Positions 54,065 to 64,000 of a DNA stretch of 64,000 nt are shown here, one piece after another (position 1 is the stretch's first letter; every line of letters starts with the position of its first letter). The notes beneath the pieces are model-generated. The model was not told the origin of the DNA and did not search any database. It saw nothing but the letters and a program-made list of their open reading frames with translations. Both the position numbers and the translations under genes were made by a program. This DNA comes from an uncultured Acidobacteriota bacterium (GTDB lineage Bacteria > Acidobacteriota > Blastocatellia > RBC074): NCBI GenBank assembly GCA_963796275.1, contig CAWCKY010000001.1:928001-992000 (forward strand), read 5' to 3'.

Positions 54065-55516
54065 ATGTTATCACTTCGAGTCAAACTCACTCTTTATTAT
54101 CTGGCGATCCTCACAGCCGTTTTGCTACTGTTCGGATCATCGATTTATGCATACCTCTCTCACAGCCTGCAGATGACGATAGATGAATCACTCGGGTACC
54201 AGTTGAGGAGGATTGAACACAATCTGGCCGCCAGCTCGGGCTCGGAGAATAACGAGCACTCGGCGCTGAACGGCGATGACGATGAACATCTATTACAGTT
54301 ATCCCCACACCTCATCCAGATCATTGACGATCGAGGGCGGGTCACCGACGAAACGGTGTCGCCGAGGCGGGAGCAACTCGAGGTGGACATCGAGAAATTA
54401 CGGCAGCTCGAGGTCGGCAATAATTACTTCGAGACTGTGCGGTTGAGTGATGGCAACTATATGCGGGTTGCGACACGTCGAGCGCGAGACCAGGGAGATG
54501 ATGGGAGCTACTACATACGGCTCGGCCAATCGCTCGAGACGCTGGATGCCGCGCTCCGCCGCCTTCTTATCATCCTGGGGATCGCTATTCCAGTCGCACT
54601 GATCCTGGGAAGCTACGGTGGGCTTTTGCTTGCCAATCAGGCGCTGCGCCCTGTCGATCGTATTTCCCGCGCGGCGGAGCAGATCAGCACGGGTGATCTG
54701 ACCGAGCGCGTACCGATGTCTTCCAAGATGGACGAGATTGGCAGGCTGGTCGTGACGTTCAATCAGATGATCTCACGCCTGCAGGCGGCTTTTGAACGGC
54801 AGAAGCAGTTTACTTCCGATGCATCTCATGAAATGCGCACGCCGCTCGCGGTTATGCGCGGTGACATAGAAATCGCTCTGCGTCGCGAACGTTCCGACGA
54901 AGAATACCGGCGCGTTTTGACATCGAACCTCGAGGAGATCGTCCGCCTCTCGCGCCTGGTCGAGGACCTGTTGATGTTGGCGCGGGCCGATTACGGGCAA
55001 GTCGAACTGCGCCATGAGCCGGTCGATCTTAATAAATTATGCCAGCAGATGGTCGAGTACATTTCGCCGCTCGCTCAGCAAAAGGGTCAGGACATCCATT
55101 ACCTTCACCTCAACGGGAAAGCGATTGAGTTTGCGCAGGTCGAATCGCGTGCGATAAAGATCAGCGGCGACATGCAACGGATCAAGCAACTGCTGCTCAA
55201 CCTGCTCGACAATGCGATCAAATACACCGACTTCGGCGGCAAGGTTTCGCTGGAGCTGAAGACGGATGACAAATGCGCAGTGATCACGATCGCCGATACG
55301 GGCCGCGGCATACCTCCCGAGGATTTACCTCACATTTTTGAACGGTTCTTCCGCAAATCGAAGACGACCAGCGACAGAAGCGCGACCGGTTTTGGCCTCG
55401 GCTTGTCGATTGTGAAATGGATTGTCGATTCGCACAGCGGGAAAATCACCGCGCAAAGTGAAGTGGGCAGAGGCACTACCTTTACCGTTAAATTTCCGCT
55501 ATTACAAAACTATTGA
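54065..55516 (+). CDS. HAMP-domain sensor histidine kinase
   Basis: Two TM helices; DASHEMRTPL H-box; NLLDNAIKY, DTGRG and GLGLSI motifs. Confidence 0.92.
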   Translation: MLSLRVKLTLYYLAILTAVLLLFGSSIYAYLSHSLQMTIDESLGYQLRRIEHNLAASSGSENNEHSALNGDDDEHLLQLSPHLIQIIDDRGRVTDETVSPRREQLEVDIEKLRQLEVGNNYFETVRLSDGNYMRVATRRARDQGDDGSYYIRLGQSLETLDAALRRLLIILGIAIPVALILGSYGGLLLANQALRPVDRISRAAEQISTGDLTERVPMSSKMDEIGRLVVTFNQMISRLQAAFERQKQFTSDASHEMRTPLAVMRGDIEIALRRERSDEEYRRVLTSNLEEIVRLSRLVEDLLMLARADYGQVELRHEPVDLNKLCQQMVEYISPLAQQKGQDIHYLHLNGKAIEFAQVESRAIKISGDMQRIKQLLLNLLDNAIKYTDFGGKVSLELKTDDKCAVITIADTGRGIPPEDLPHIFERFFRKSKTTSDRSATGFGLGLSIVKWIVDSHSGKITAQSEVGRGTTFTVKFPLLQNY

Positions 55517-55604
55517 ACAGGAAATAGGGAAAAGCACCGACGAAGGCAAAATTAGCCAATAAAATTACGTTGCCGGATGAGCGAGTTCATGAGAGAGGTA
55601 TTCA

Positions 55605-56744
55605 ATGAAACCGGTGCCCCTGAGTGGGGTTTTGATAAAGAATTTTCTTCTATGCCTGTCGGCGATATTCAGCTGCGGCTTTCAAGAGCCGGCACGCTTA
55701 CATTTCGATCGGGCGCAGGAGGCTCAACGGAACGGCGATTTCGAGAAAGCCGAGAAGGAATATCAGGCTTTCATAAGGCTCATGCCCGGTTCAGCCGAAG
55801 CATACAGCAATCTGGGGGTGATCTATTCCCGCCAGTCCCGATTCGACGAAGCGATCAAATCCTATGAAACGGCCCTTCAGCTCAATCCATCGCTGACTCC
55901 TATCTACTTAAATCTCGGAATAGTTTATTACCGCGTAGAGAATTTCGCGGCTGCCATCGGACCACTCGAGAAGTTCCTCTCGACCTCGCCGGAAAATTAT
56001 CAGGCGACGTTGCTCGCCGGAATGAGTTATGCGCGCGCGGAAAAATACCGACAAGCCGCGACTTATCTTGAAAAAGCTCGTGCGGCAAACCCCGATGACA
56101 TAGCCGCGCAATTCGCGCTGGCCAAGGTTTTTCTGAAAATCGAACGCTCCGGTGAAGCGCTGAAAATACTGGAGCGGCTAATTACGGAAAACCCGCAATC
56201 GGCCGAAGTCCATCTGCTGCTCGGTCACGCTCGACTCGGCGGAGCCGAGTACGACGCGGCTATCGAGCATTTCAATCGAGCAGCGCAGCTCAACCCGCAA
56301 TTGCCGGCGCTCCATTACGGTCTCGCAACCGCATATCACAAACAAGGGCAGAATGATCACGCCATCGATGAATGCCGCAAGGAGCTGCAGCTCAACCCTC
56401 TGGATGCGGAGGCGAATTGGCTGCTGGGGAGCTTGTTGGAGATGCGCAGCGTGTATGATGAGGCGGGGAAATATCTGCAAGTGGCGGTCAAGCAGAGGCC
56501 TGATTTCGCGGCGGCATGGTACCTGCTGGGCAAAGTCGCGTTTCGCCAGAACAGACTGGCCGATGCCGAAAAGCACGCCTTACAATCGCTCCGGTTGGAT
56601 GCGGTGCAGGAAGGTGCCCATTTCCTCCTCGGACAAATTTACCAGCGACAGGGCAAGCGCGCGCAGGCACGAGCTGAGTTTGACGAGGTCAAAAAAATTC
56701 AAGAGCGGAAACGAGCGAACGAAGCCGGGGCGATAAAAAAATAA
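55605..56744 (+). CDS. Tetratricopeptide repeat protein (exported)
   Basis: Signal peptide followed by many TPR units (AYSNLG, YLNLG, HLLLG). Confidence 0.85.
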   Translation: MKPVPLSGVLIKNFLLCLSAIFSCGFQEPARLHFDRAQEAQRNGDFEKAEKEYQAFIRLMPGSAEAYSNLGVIYSRQSRFDEAIKSYETALQLNPSLTPIYLNLGIVYYRVENFAAAIGPLEKFLSTSPENYQATLLAGMSYARAEKYRQAATYLEKARAANPDDIAAQFALAKVFLKIERSGEALKILERLITENPQSAEVHLLLGHARLGGAEYDAAIEHFNRAAQLNPQLPALHYGLATAYHKQGQNDHAIDECRKELQLNPLDAEANWLLGSLLEMRSVYDEAGKYLQVAVKQRPDFAAAWYLLGKVAFRQNRLADAEKHALQSLRLDAVQEGAHFLLGQIYQRQGKRAQARAEFDEVKKIQERKRANEAGAIKK

Positions 56745-56785
56745 CATCATCTAAAGCTTAGCCCTGCGATATGAGTCGGGATACC

Positions 56786-56835
56786 GGAGCCTTTGGGAGT
56801 GCGGCTCGTGTTCGGCGCCGTATTCCAAAGGCTCC
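56786..56835. terminator. Long hairpin between convergent genes (bidirectional terminator or REP-derived)
   Basis: GGAGCCTTTGGGAGTGCGGC 56786-56805 pairs with GCCGTATTCCAAAGGCTCC 56817-56835. Confidence 0.6.
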
Positions 56836-56847
56836 CCGTAATAATAC

Positions 56848-58134
56848 TCATCTCTTTGTAATTGGCACATAATTCCGTTCGTCGCTTCCCAAGTAGACCT
56901 GTCGTGGGCGCGCGATCTTCTGATCCTGATCGAGCAGCATCTCTTCCCATTGCGCGACCCAACCGGAAGTGCGTGGAATAGCGAATAGGACCGGGAACAT
57001 CTCTACCGGGAAGCCCATCGCCTTGTATATGATCCCGGAATAGAAGTCCACGTTGGGATAGAGCTTGCGGCTGACAAAATAATCGTCATCGAGCGCAATC
57101 CGTTCGAGCTCCAGCGCCACATCGAGGAGTCTGTCACGGCCCGTCACTTCGAAGACCTCGTCAGCGGTCTGCTTGATGATCCGTGCCCGCGGATCGTAAT
57201 TCTTATAGACGCGATGTCCGAATCCCATCAGGCGGAACTCTCCGGCCTTCACCCTTTTGACGTATTCGGGAACGCGATCGACCGATCCGATCTCATTGAG
57301 CATCCTCAGCACCTGTTCATTCGCTCCGCCGTGCAGCGGCCCGTAAAGCGCGGCAGATGCTCCCGCCAGAGCAGAGTACGGATCTACTTGCGAACTCCCG
57401 ATACTCCGCATTGCGTTTGTGCTGCAATTTTGTTCGTGATCCGCATGAAGTATGAAGAGCACATTAATTGCTCGTTCGAGAACCGGGTTCGGTTGATACT
57501 TCAACTCGGTCGTCTTGAACATCATATTGAGAAAATTACCCGGAAAACTCAGCTCGTTATCAGGGTAGGCATATGGCAGACCCATACGATGGCGATAGGC
57601 GAATGCGGCAATGGTGGCGACCTTGGCGATCAGCCGGTATAACTGCTTCCGCCTTGCCTCAGCGTTGAAAATATCCTTCGCATCCGGATAAAAAGTTGAA
57701 AGCGCCCCGACCGTGCCGATCAGCATGCCCATCGGATGAGCATCATAATGGAAGCCGTCAATGAATTTTTTGATGTTCTCGTGTATGAAAGTATGATGCG
57801 TAATATGCCAGGTCCAGTCCTTCAATTGCTGCGCAGTCGGCAACTCGCCATGCACGATCAGGTAAGCGACTTCAAGGTATGTGCTGTGAACCGCCAGTTG
57901 CTCGATCGGATAGCCGCGGTAGCGCAGGATGCCGACATCCCCGTCAATATAGGTGATCCGGCTGATGCAGGATGCGGTGTTGGTGTATGCCGGATCATAG
58001 GTCATCAGCCCGAAATCATCGTCAGAGACCTTGATCTTTCGTAAGTCCAGTGCCCGGATCGTCCCGTTCTCGATCGGGACCTGATACTGCTTGCCGGTCC
58101 GGTTATCAGTTATTGTAAGCGTGCTTGAGCTCAT
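56848..58134 (-). CDS. gltA: Citrate synthase
   Basis: LHADHEQNCST, GPLHGGANE, MGFGHRVYK and YPNVDFYSG motifs. Confidence 0.95.
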   Translation of the reverse strand: MSSSTLTITDNRTGKQYQVPIENGTIRALDLRKIKVSDDDFGLMTYDPAYTNTASCISRITYIDGDVGILRYRGYPIEQLAVHSTYLEVAYLIVHGELPTAQQLKDWTWHITHHTFIHENIKKFIDGFHYDAHPMGMLIGTVGALSTFYPDAKDIFNAEARRKQLYRLIAKVATIAAFAYRHRMGLPYAYPDNELSFPGNFLNMMFKTTELKYQPNPVLERAINVLFILHADHEQNCSTNAMRSIGSSQVDPYSALAGASAALYGPLHGGANEQVLRMLNEIGSVDRVPEYVKRVKAGEFRLMGFGHRVYKNYDPRARIIKQTADEVFEVTGRDRLLDVALELERIALDDDYFVSRKLYPNVDFYSGIIYKAMGFPVEMFPVLFAIPRTSGWVAQWEEMLLDQDQKIARPRQVYLGSDERNYVPITKR

Positions 58135-58160
58135 AGATTCCTCCTCAGTAGGAGAGCTGG

Positions 58161-58287
58161 TAGTTGATGGTTGACAGTCGAAAGTTCGTTTGAACGAGTA
58201 AATTTCACGACCTGCCTATTTACTATTGGCTATTGACTATTGACTATTGACTATCAACTATCGTCTATCAACGATCAACTATCAACT
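58161..58287. repeat. Inverted heptamer element in the gltA 5' leader, (TAGTTGA)n...(CTATTGA/CTATCAA)n
   Basis: About 4 degenerate units 58161-58188; about 10 units 58216-58287. Confidence 0.85.
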
Positions 58288-58784
58288 CTTCCTCATTGTT
58301 TCAAATGTGTGCCAATTCAGTGGCCGAGATATTAAGGCTTGATCTGCGATGTGCGCAAGAAAAAGCAATTTATAGCAAAAGATTTGGCAAGTTTCATTAC
58401 CAGCCATGCGGTGCGCTGGGAGCGTATGCGATCTCCTCTTGCGAGCACCCCGATTTCAAGGTTCGGTGGTTCTCTTCCTCCTCAATGCACCCGCTCAACT
58501 TTCTCCTGTCGCCCTCTTCCAGTCACCTCCCATTCTATAAGTGGTTCATATAAAAATTTTCGGTATAAAAATGGACTAAACGACACTGAAGTCATAAAGC
58601 AAGTGAAATGGAAGAGTATTGGATCTAGCATTCTCTAACATTGGATATCTGAAAGAAGAACATTGATATTTTATCGCGCCATCATTGTTCCTGGCTTATA
58701 AGCCCACATAAAAGTTGATAGTTGAGAAATTGATACTGAACGAATTTCGGTCAATCTCACTCACTTCTCAACTACCCACTATGA

Positions 58785-61731
58785 ATGACTCTCAACTTTC
58801 CACTATCCGATGATAAGTGGAGAGGAGGTTTAGTAGTGTCCTCATCGTCAACTGAGAGCGGGAAAGTTCGTTTCCCGAGGGCCAAGTTATTACCGCCGCG
58901 TCCCGGGCGCTTATTGCTTGAGCGACCACGTCTGATCGAGCGTCTTGTTGCAAATCTCTCTCATCCGGTTACGCTCGTGACCGGCAATGCAGGTTCGGGC
59001 AAAACGACGCTGGTGGCCGACTTCGTCAACAAACTGGCGGAGCGGTTTGTCTGGTATCAACTCGACAAGACTGACGCCGACCCCACGGTATTCCTCGGTT
59101 ACATCACCAATGGTATTCGACAAATCAATCCCGGTTTCGGACAGACGACGCTGGCGTATCTGAACCGCGAGGCCGCGCAAATCAGCAAGCATCCGGAACA
59201 TGCGGTAGATGTTTTGATCAATGAGATGCTCGATGATATCGAGCATCAATTCATCATCGTATTCGACGATTACCACAATCTCGGAATCGATACTCCAGTT
59301 CACGCAGTCGTAGATCGTATGATCGCACAGCTGCCCGAATTGCTGCACACCATCGTCATCTCGCGCAAGATGCCGCCATTACAGCTAGCGCGTATGCGAT
59401 CGCGAGGTGCGCTGTCGATCATTGGTCGCAGTGATCTGCTCTTCACTGATGAAGAGGCGCAGGCGCTTTTTCACGAGGTCTTCGAACTGGAGATGACGAA
59501 AAATCAATCGGCCGCTTATCGCGAACGAGCGCAGGGATGGATCACCTCATTGCATCTGGTGCGGGAGTTGGCGCAGCGACAGAGCCCGGCGCAAACAGAA
59601 GAAATAACTGCAACGCCAGCCGCCTTGCCCGACCTGAAAGTAATTTTGGAGAAATCGGAGCATGACATCTTCGAATATTTCGCCGAGCTTGTCATCAGCG
59701 GTGAATCGGAAGAAATCCGCCAGCTGCTGCTCAGACTTTCGCTCGTCAAATATATAGAGCTGGATGCGTGCCTTCGGCTCTACCCTGAAATCGATAGCGC
59801 GGTTGTATTGCCGGCTCTCGTTCGCCGCAATATTTTCGTAGTCGCCGTTGGAGTTGATGGCAGCGAAGAATATCGTATACATCCGATGTTTCAGAACTAT
59901 TTGCGCCGCCGCGTTTGGACGTATTTCGACGGGAAAGCGTTACCAGTTGAACATACGCGGATTGCTGAATATTTTCTTGAACAGGGCGACATGGGACGTG
60001 CGATGCGCCACCTTTTTGCAGCCCAGGAGTTCGAACGTGCGGCGGCCTTGATCGCGGAGAAAGGCCATGAGTGGGCGGGGCCCGTATCGCTTACATCGAT
60101 TGTTGATGCCCTTCCTCCTAACCTGATTGAGCGATTTCCACGCGCACTCATTCTTCGGGGAGAGGTGGAACGACTGCGATGCGAATACGATATTGCGCAA
60201 CCGCTTCTACAGCGCGCCGCTCAATTGATGCACGATAAAAATGACGGGGATGGCGAGGCGGAAGCTCTGCATTCGCTGGCGGCAATAGCGTATCAGCGGG
60301 GCGAGCATACAGTGGCCTTTGAATATCTCGATCGGGCAATCGCGCTGGCGGGCGATCGCTCGCTCCCACGTGCCAGGGCCGGAAACACGCGCGGCCTATG
60401 TTTCTTAGAGTTGCAGCGATGGGATGAAGCCGATGCTGAGTTCCGCTCGGCGCTACAGATGGCGGAAGAACTACAGAATGAAGACCTGATCGGAATCATC
60501 GTATATAACCTCGGGTTGCCGGCGCTGGTTCGCGGCGATTTCGCCGGAGCGCTTCATTGGTGGCGCCGATTATTGTGTGACTATAATCACCGCCCGCCAT
60601 CTATACAGGGGGCGTTGGTGTATCTGAACGCTGCGCGCTGCTATTTCTTGCGGGGCGAGCTGGAAGATTGCGAAAAGCATCTTGATCAGGCGAATGAATA
60701 TTGCCGTCTTTTAAATCTGACCGAACTGAGCGGGGAGGTTCTCGAGGCCTTCGGCAATTTACACCGCAAACGCGGAGACCATCATCGCGCCGCTGATTAT
60801 TTCGCTCGAACCGCGCGCCTTTCCCGGGACGCGGAGATCGATCAAATTCGCCATGGTCAGCTCGATGGACAGGCTCGATTCAAACGCGAGTTGCTGCCGC
60901 CGGAACTACGCGATCAACTCGTCGTTAAAACGACGGAGCATACAGCGGGTCTGACCGTTACATATCCACTCGGTGATCTCACTATAAATATGCTTGGCCC
61001 GGTCGAAATCATGCGGGGTACCGAAGCGACCTTTCGCTTTAGACGCATGGGCGACGAAGCGTGCGCGTGACATTCTGTGCTTCATCGCATCGAGGCCGCA
61101 CAGACGGGCTTCCAAAGAGACGATCTTCGAAACTTTTTGGACTGAGGAAGACTCGGAAAATATCGTTAAGGACTTCCATCCGACGGTGTCGCAAATTCGC
61201 AAGGCGCTCAACAGCAATCAGCAGCTCAAGCTGAGCTTTTTGCTTTATCGAGATGGCGTCTATTACCTCAATACAGAATATGCCTATGTGATCGACCTGG
61301 AAGATTTCGATAGGATGGTGTCCGAGGGCGAAACTGCTCTCCGTGCCGGGCAAGTCGATCGCGGCATCAGATGTTTTGAAAACGCCATCCGGCTCTATCG
61401 TGGCGGATTTATGCAGGGGTTTAATGACGGTTGGGTCGACGAGCAACGGGTTTATTACAGCGAACAATACCTCCGCCTTCTCGAATATCTCGTTGTTGCG
61501 GCACAGAAGAGTAACGAGTGGCAGCAGTCGCTTCAGTTCGCTCAACAGCTTCTGCGCGAGGATCCATTTCGCGAAGACATCCATTGCCGCGTCATGCGAG
61601 CACACGCCGAATTGGGCGACCGCACTGCGGTTAAAGAACAATATGAGACGCTGCGCGGCCTGCTGCGCAAGGATCTCGGCCTGGAACCTTCCACAAGAAC
61701 ATCTATGGTTTACCGGCAACTTTTGGCTTAG
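58785..61731 (+). CDS. MalT-like STAND NTPase-TPR protein with C-terminal wHTH/BTAD (SARP) domain; +1 frameshift at 61015-61018
   Basis: KLLPP, GNAGSGKT, FDDYH and AQGWI motifs and TPRs in ORF1; ARDILCF, LYRGGF and DPFREDIH in ORF2. Confidence 0.8.
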
Positions 61732-61948
61732 GGGCGATAAATGATTGTGTATTCTGTTTTTGAATGCCATCGAGCCGAAGGGAACCCAGGCTTTTAAACC
61801 AAACAAAACTTATAATTGCAAGCAAATCTAATATGAGTAGGTTTTAAATAATTAAGAATTAAATTATCTTCGGCGGCATCCCGCTCTTGTGCTGATTGGG
61901 CATATACCTCAATATATCCCGGGCCATCAACGTGATATTGGCTTACCC

Positions 61949-61977
61949 CTTACAGTAGTTGCTCTTACAGTAGTTGC
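61949..61977. repeat. Direct repeat CTTACAGTAGTTGC x2 (15-bp period)
   Basis: Copies at 61949-61962 and 61964-61977, upstream of the TonB receptor. Confidence 0.7.
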
Positions 61978-62106
61978 GGTCTTCTTCACTCCTTAGCCGG
62001 GTCCGTGAATCTGGCTGCTTCTGCGGTATTGCCTCCATGATCCATTACATTCATGAGAAGTACCTATAGATCAAGGGATCGATTTTTGTCCACTATCGGA
62101 GGTTAT

Positions 62107-64000
62107 ATGTTCCTGCAAACGATAAGACTACTCTGCTTGCTCAGTGCCCTCTGTCTGAGTGCCGCAAATATTTGGGGTCAAGCGCGAAGTTCATCCGCCG
62201 ACCTGACGGGTACCGTTCTGAGTCCCTCGCAATCGTCTTTGCCGGGAGTCACAGTCACTGCTTTGAATCTTTCCACCGGGTTGCTGCGCACAGTCGTGAC
62301 AGACGCAACGGGTAATTACCGCATTCCGCTGCTGCCGCCCGGCAGGTACGAAGTGAGGGTTGAGGCGCCGGGATTCAACGTTCAGGTCAAAAGAGGCATC
62401 AACCTGACTGTCGGGCAGCTCGCCGCGATTAACTTCGAAATGACTCTCGGAGTAATAAAAGAGGCCGAGGTGATCGAAACGGCCACGCCGGTGGTCGAAA
62501 CCGAGCGGACGCACCAGTCTTCAACGATCACTCAGAAATTGATCCTGAACTTTCCGATCAATGGACGCAACTTCCTCGATTTCGCCAAATTGACTCCGGG
62601 CGTCGTCGAGGAGAGTCCCGCGATTACAGGCGTTCAGCCAGCGGCGTTGACTACATCGGGCCTCTCTTTCAGCGGTCTGAACGCGCGAGCTAACAGCGTT
62701 ATGATTGATGGGGTGGACAACAACGACATTGCAAGTAACGGCGTGCGCCCGACGATCAGCCAGGAGGCGGTCAGCGAGTTTCAGATCAATCGCAGCGGCT
62801 ACAATGCAGAGTTTGGGCGCTCGAGTGGAGGGGTCATCAATCTCGTCTCGAAGAGCGGCGAAAATCAATTTCACGGAAACGTCTACAACTATTTCCGCAA
62901 CGAGCGACTGGATGCGCGCAACCCTTTCGCTACGGGACTACCGAACGACCCGTCGTTCAAACGCAATCAGCCCGGCTTCACCTTCAGCGGACCGATCAGG
63001 AGAGATCGGACATTTTTCTTCACCGCATATGAGGGGTTGATCCGGCGCGAATCGGCGGTAACGACCATCCTAACCGATCCCAGCATCCTACAGCCCTCCG
63101 CGGCCCAGAGGGAGCTGATCAATTTGTTGATCGGCTCAGGGAATCCTGATTACGTAGCACTGGGAGTAGATATTCGGGAACGGCTTACGACCTCGCCGGA
63201 TAACCTCTATCCTATAGTCGGCCAGCCGGTGACCGGGACCAATCCTCTCAACAGAACCACATACAATCTGCTGGCGGGCTCGACCGGCTCTTTCCCGATC
63301 ACCCAGACTTCGAGCACGGGAAGCCTCAGGTTCGACCATGCCTTCAACGAGCGCGATTTCCTTTTCTTACGCTATAACCTGACCAACGACAGCCAGCACA
63401 ACGTCGGCATCGGGGGCCAGATCGCTCCCTCAGCGGGATTCGATATTGCGAGCCGCGATAACACCTTCATACTGGGTGAGACCCATATTTTCAATAACAG
63501 GGCCACCAACGAATTTCGCTTTCAAGGCGTGCGCAACATCTACAACGCCGATACGGTAGACCCGTTCGGCCCGCGCATGAGGATAGCCGGCATCGGCACC
63601 TTCGGCCGTGAGTTCTTCTCACCAACGGATCGAACACAACGGCGATATCAGTTTGTCGATAATTTCAGTCTGACCCGCGGAAGTCACAATATAAAATTCG
63701 GCGCCGATTTCAGCCGCTATCAATTCGACACGGTGTCCGCCGTCTTTTTGGGAGGCAACATCGATTTCTTACCGACGTACGTCAATCTAAATATGATCCT
63801 GGGTGACTCGACGCGATCGCAAATATCGGATGCGCTCGTCGGCCTGGGTCGCACGGACCTTCTGGCGCAGCTCGCGGCTCAGCCGCTGACCATCGTGCAG
63901 CAGATGAACTTCGGTTATGCGGGCGCGATCAATCAGGGATTCGGCGATCCGCGGGCTAAGTTCACCGGCCACATCCTGGGGGTTTACCTCCAAGATGGCA
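62107..64000 (+). CDS. TonB-dependent receptor (Oar-like), truncated by the window end
   Basis: GGAGG SD; MFLQTIRLLCLL signal peptide; ADLTGTV, LLPPGRYEV, PINGRNF, DGVDNND, YNAEFGR and FRNERLDARN motifs; missing from the ORF track because there is no stop in the window. Confidence 0.88.
   Translation, partial: MFLQTIRLLCLLSALCLSAANIWGQARSSSADLTGTVLSPSQSSLPGVTVTALNLSTGLLRTVVTDATGNYRIPLLPPGRYEVRVEAPGFNVQVKRGINLTVGQLAAINFEMTLGVIKEAEVIETATPVVETERTHQSSTITQKLILNFPINGRNFLDFAKLTPGVVEESPAITGVQPAALTTSGLSFSGLNARANSVMIDGVDNNDIASNGVRPTISQEAVSEFQINRSGYNAEFGRSSGGVINLVSKSGENQFHGNVYNYFRNERLDARNPFATGLPNDPSFKRNQPGFTFSGPIRRDRTFFFTAYEGLIRRESAVTTILTDPSILQPSAAQRELINLLIGSGNPDYVALGVDIRERLTTSPDNLYPIVGQPVTGTNPLNRTTYNLLAGSTGSFPITQTSSTGSLRFDHAFNERDFLFLRYNLTNDSQHNVGIGGQIAPSAGFDIASRDNTFILGETHIFNNRATNEFRFQGVRNIYNADTVDPFGPRMRIAGIGTFGREFFSPTDRTQRRYQFVDNFSLTRGSHNIKFGADFSRYQFDTVSAVFLGGNIDFLPTYVNLNMILGDSTRSQISDALVGLGRTDLLAQLAAQPLTIVQQMNFGYAGAINQGFGDPRAKFTGHILGVYLQDG

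Noticed and set aside
58296-58638. Short ORFs in the spacer between gltA and the regulator
   Set aside because: TTG starts, no SD and no motifs; probably divergent promoter DNA.
61039-61806. Long antisense ORFs (also 1994-2686, 21066-21905, 49084-49863, 51771-52532)
   Set aside because: Shadow frames opposite well-supported genes, expected at this GC content.

Overview
64 kb of bacterial chromosome. Oar-type TonB-dependent receptors, TPR proteins and the gene repertoire suggest Acidobacteriota, possibly Blastocatellia (inference). Contents in order: an M20 peptidase; a glpX operon; a ~21.5 kb surface-glycan locus built from exosortase-A/PEP-CTERM-associated families plus a Wzm/Wzt exporter, with a PduO-type adenosyltransferase embedded; REP-like palindromes; a CYTH protein; two PhoD phosphatases; a minus-strand cluster of an ~807-aa 'hypothetical' protein, a phosphatidylserine decarboxylase and a truncated Lgt-like remnant; an MdtAB-type RND pair; an SDR pseudogene divergent from an XRE-cupin regulator; a frameshifted TonB receptor; a MeaB-epimerase fusion followed by PPIase/mtnP/pfkB/dapF/cutA; an OmpR-type two-component system; gltA; a frameshifted STAND-TPR-BTAD regulator; and a second TonB receptor running off the window end. 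No rRNA, tRNA, CRISPR array or transposase was seen. Two observations stand out. (1) The ~807-aa protein carries the ordered active-site motifs of GCS2/YbdK carboxylate-amine ligases and sits with a PSD and an Lgt-like remnant, a candidate uncharacterised amide/lipid-modification pathway. (2) At least ten intergenic inverted 7-bp tandem-repeat elements supply stop codons and Shine-Dalgarno sites, nest inside one another, and bracket an apparent gene insertion. All family calls come from motif recognition by eye; no searches were run.
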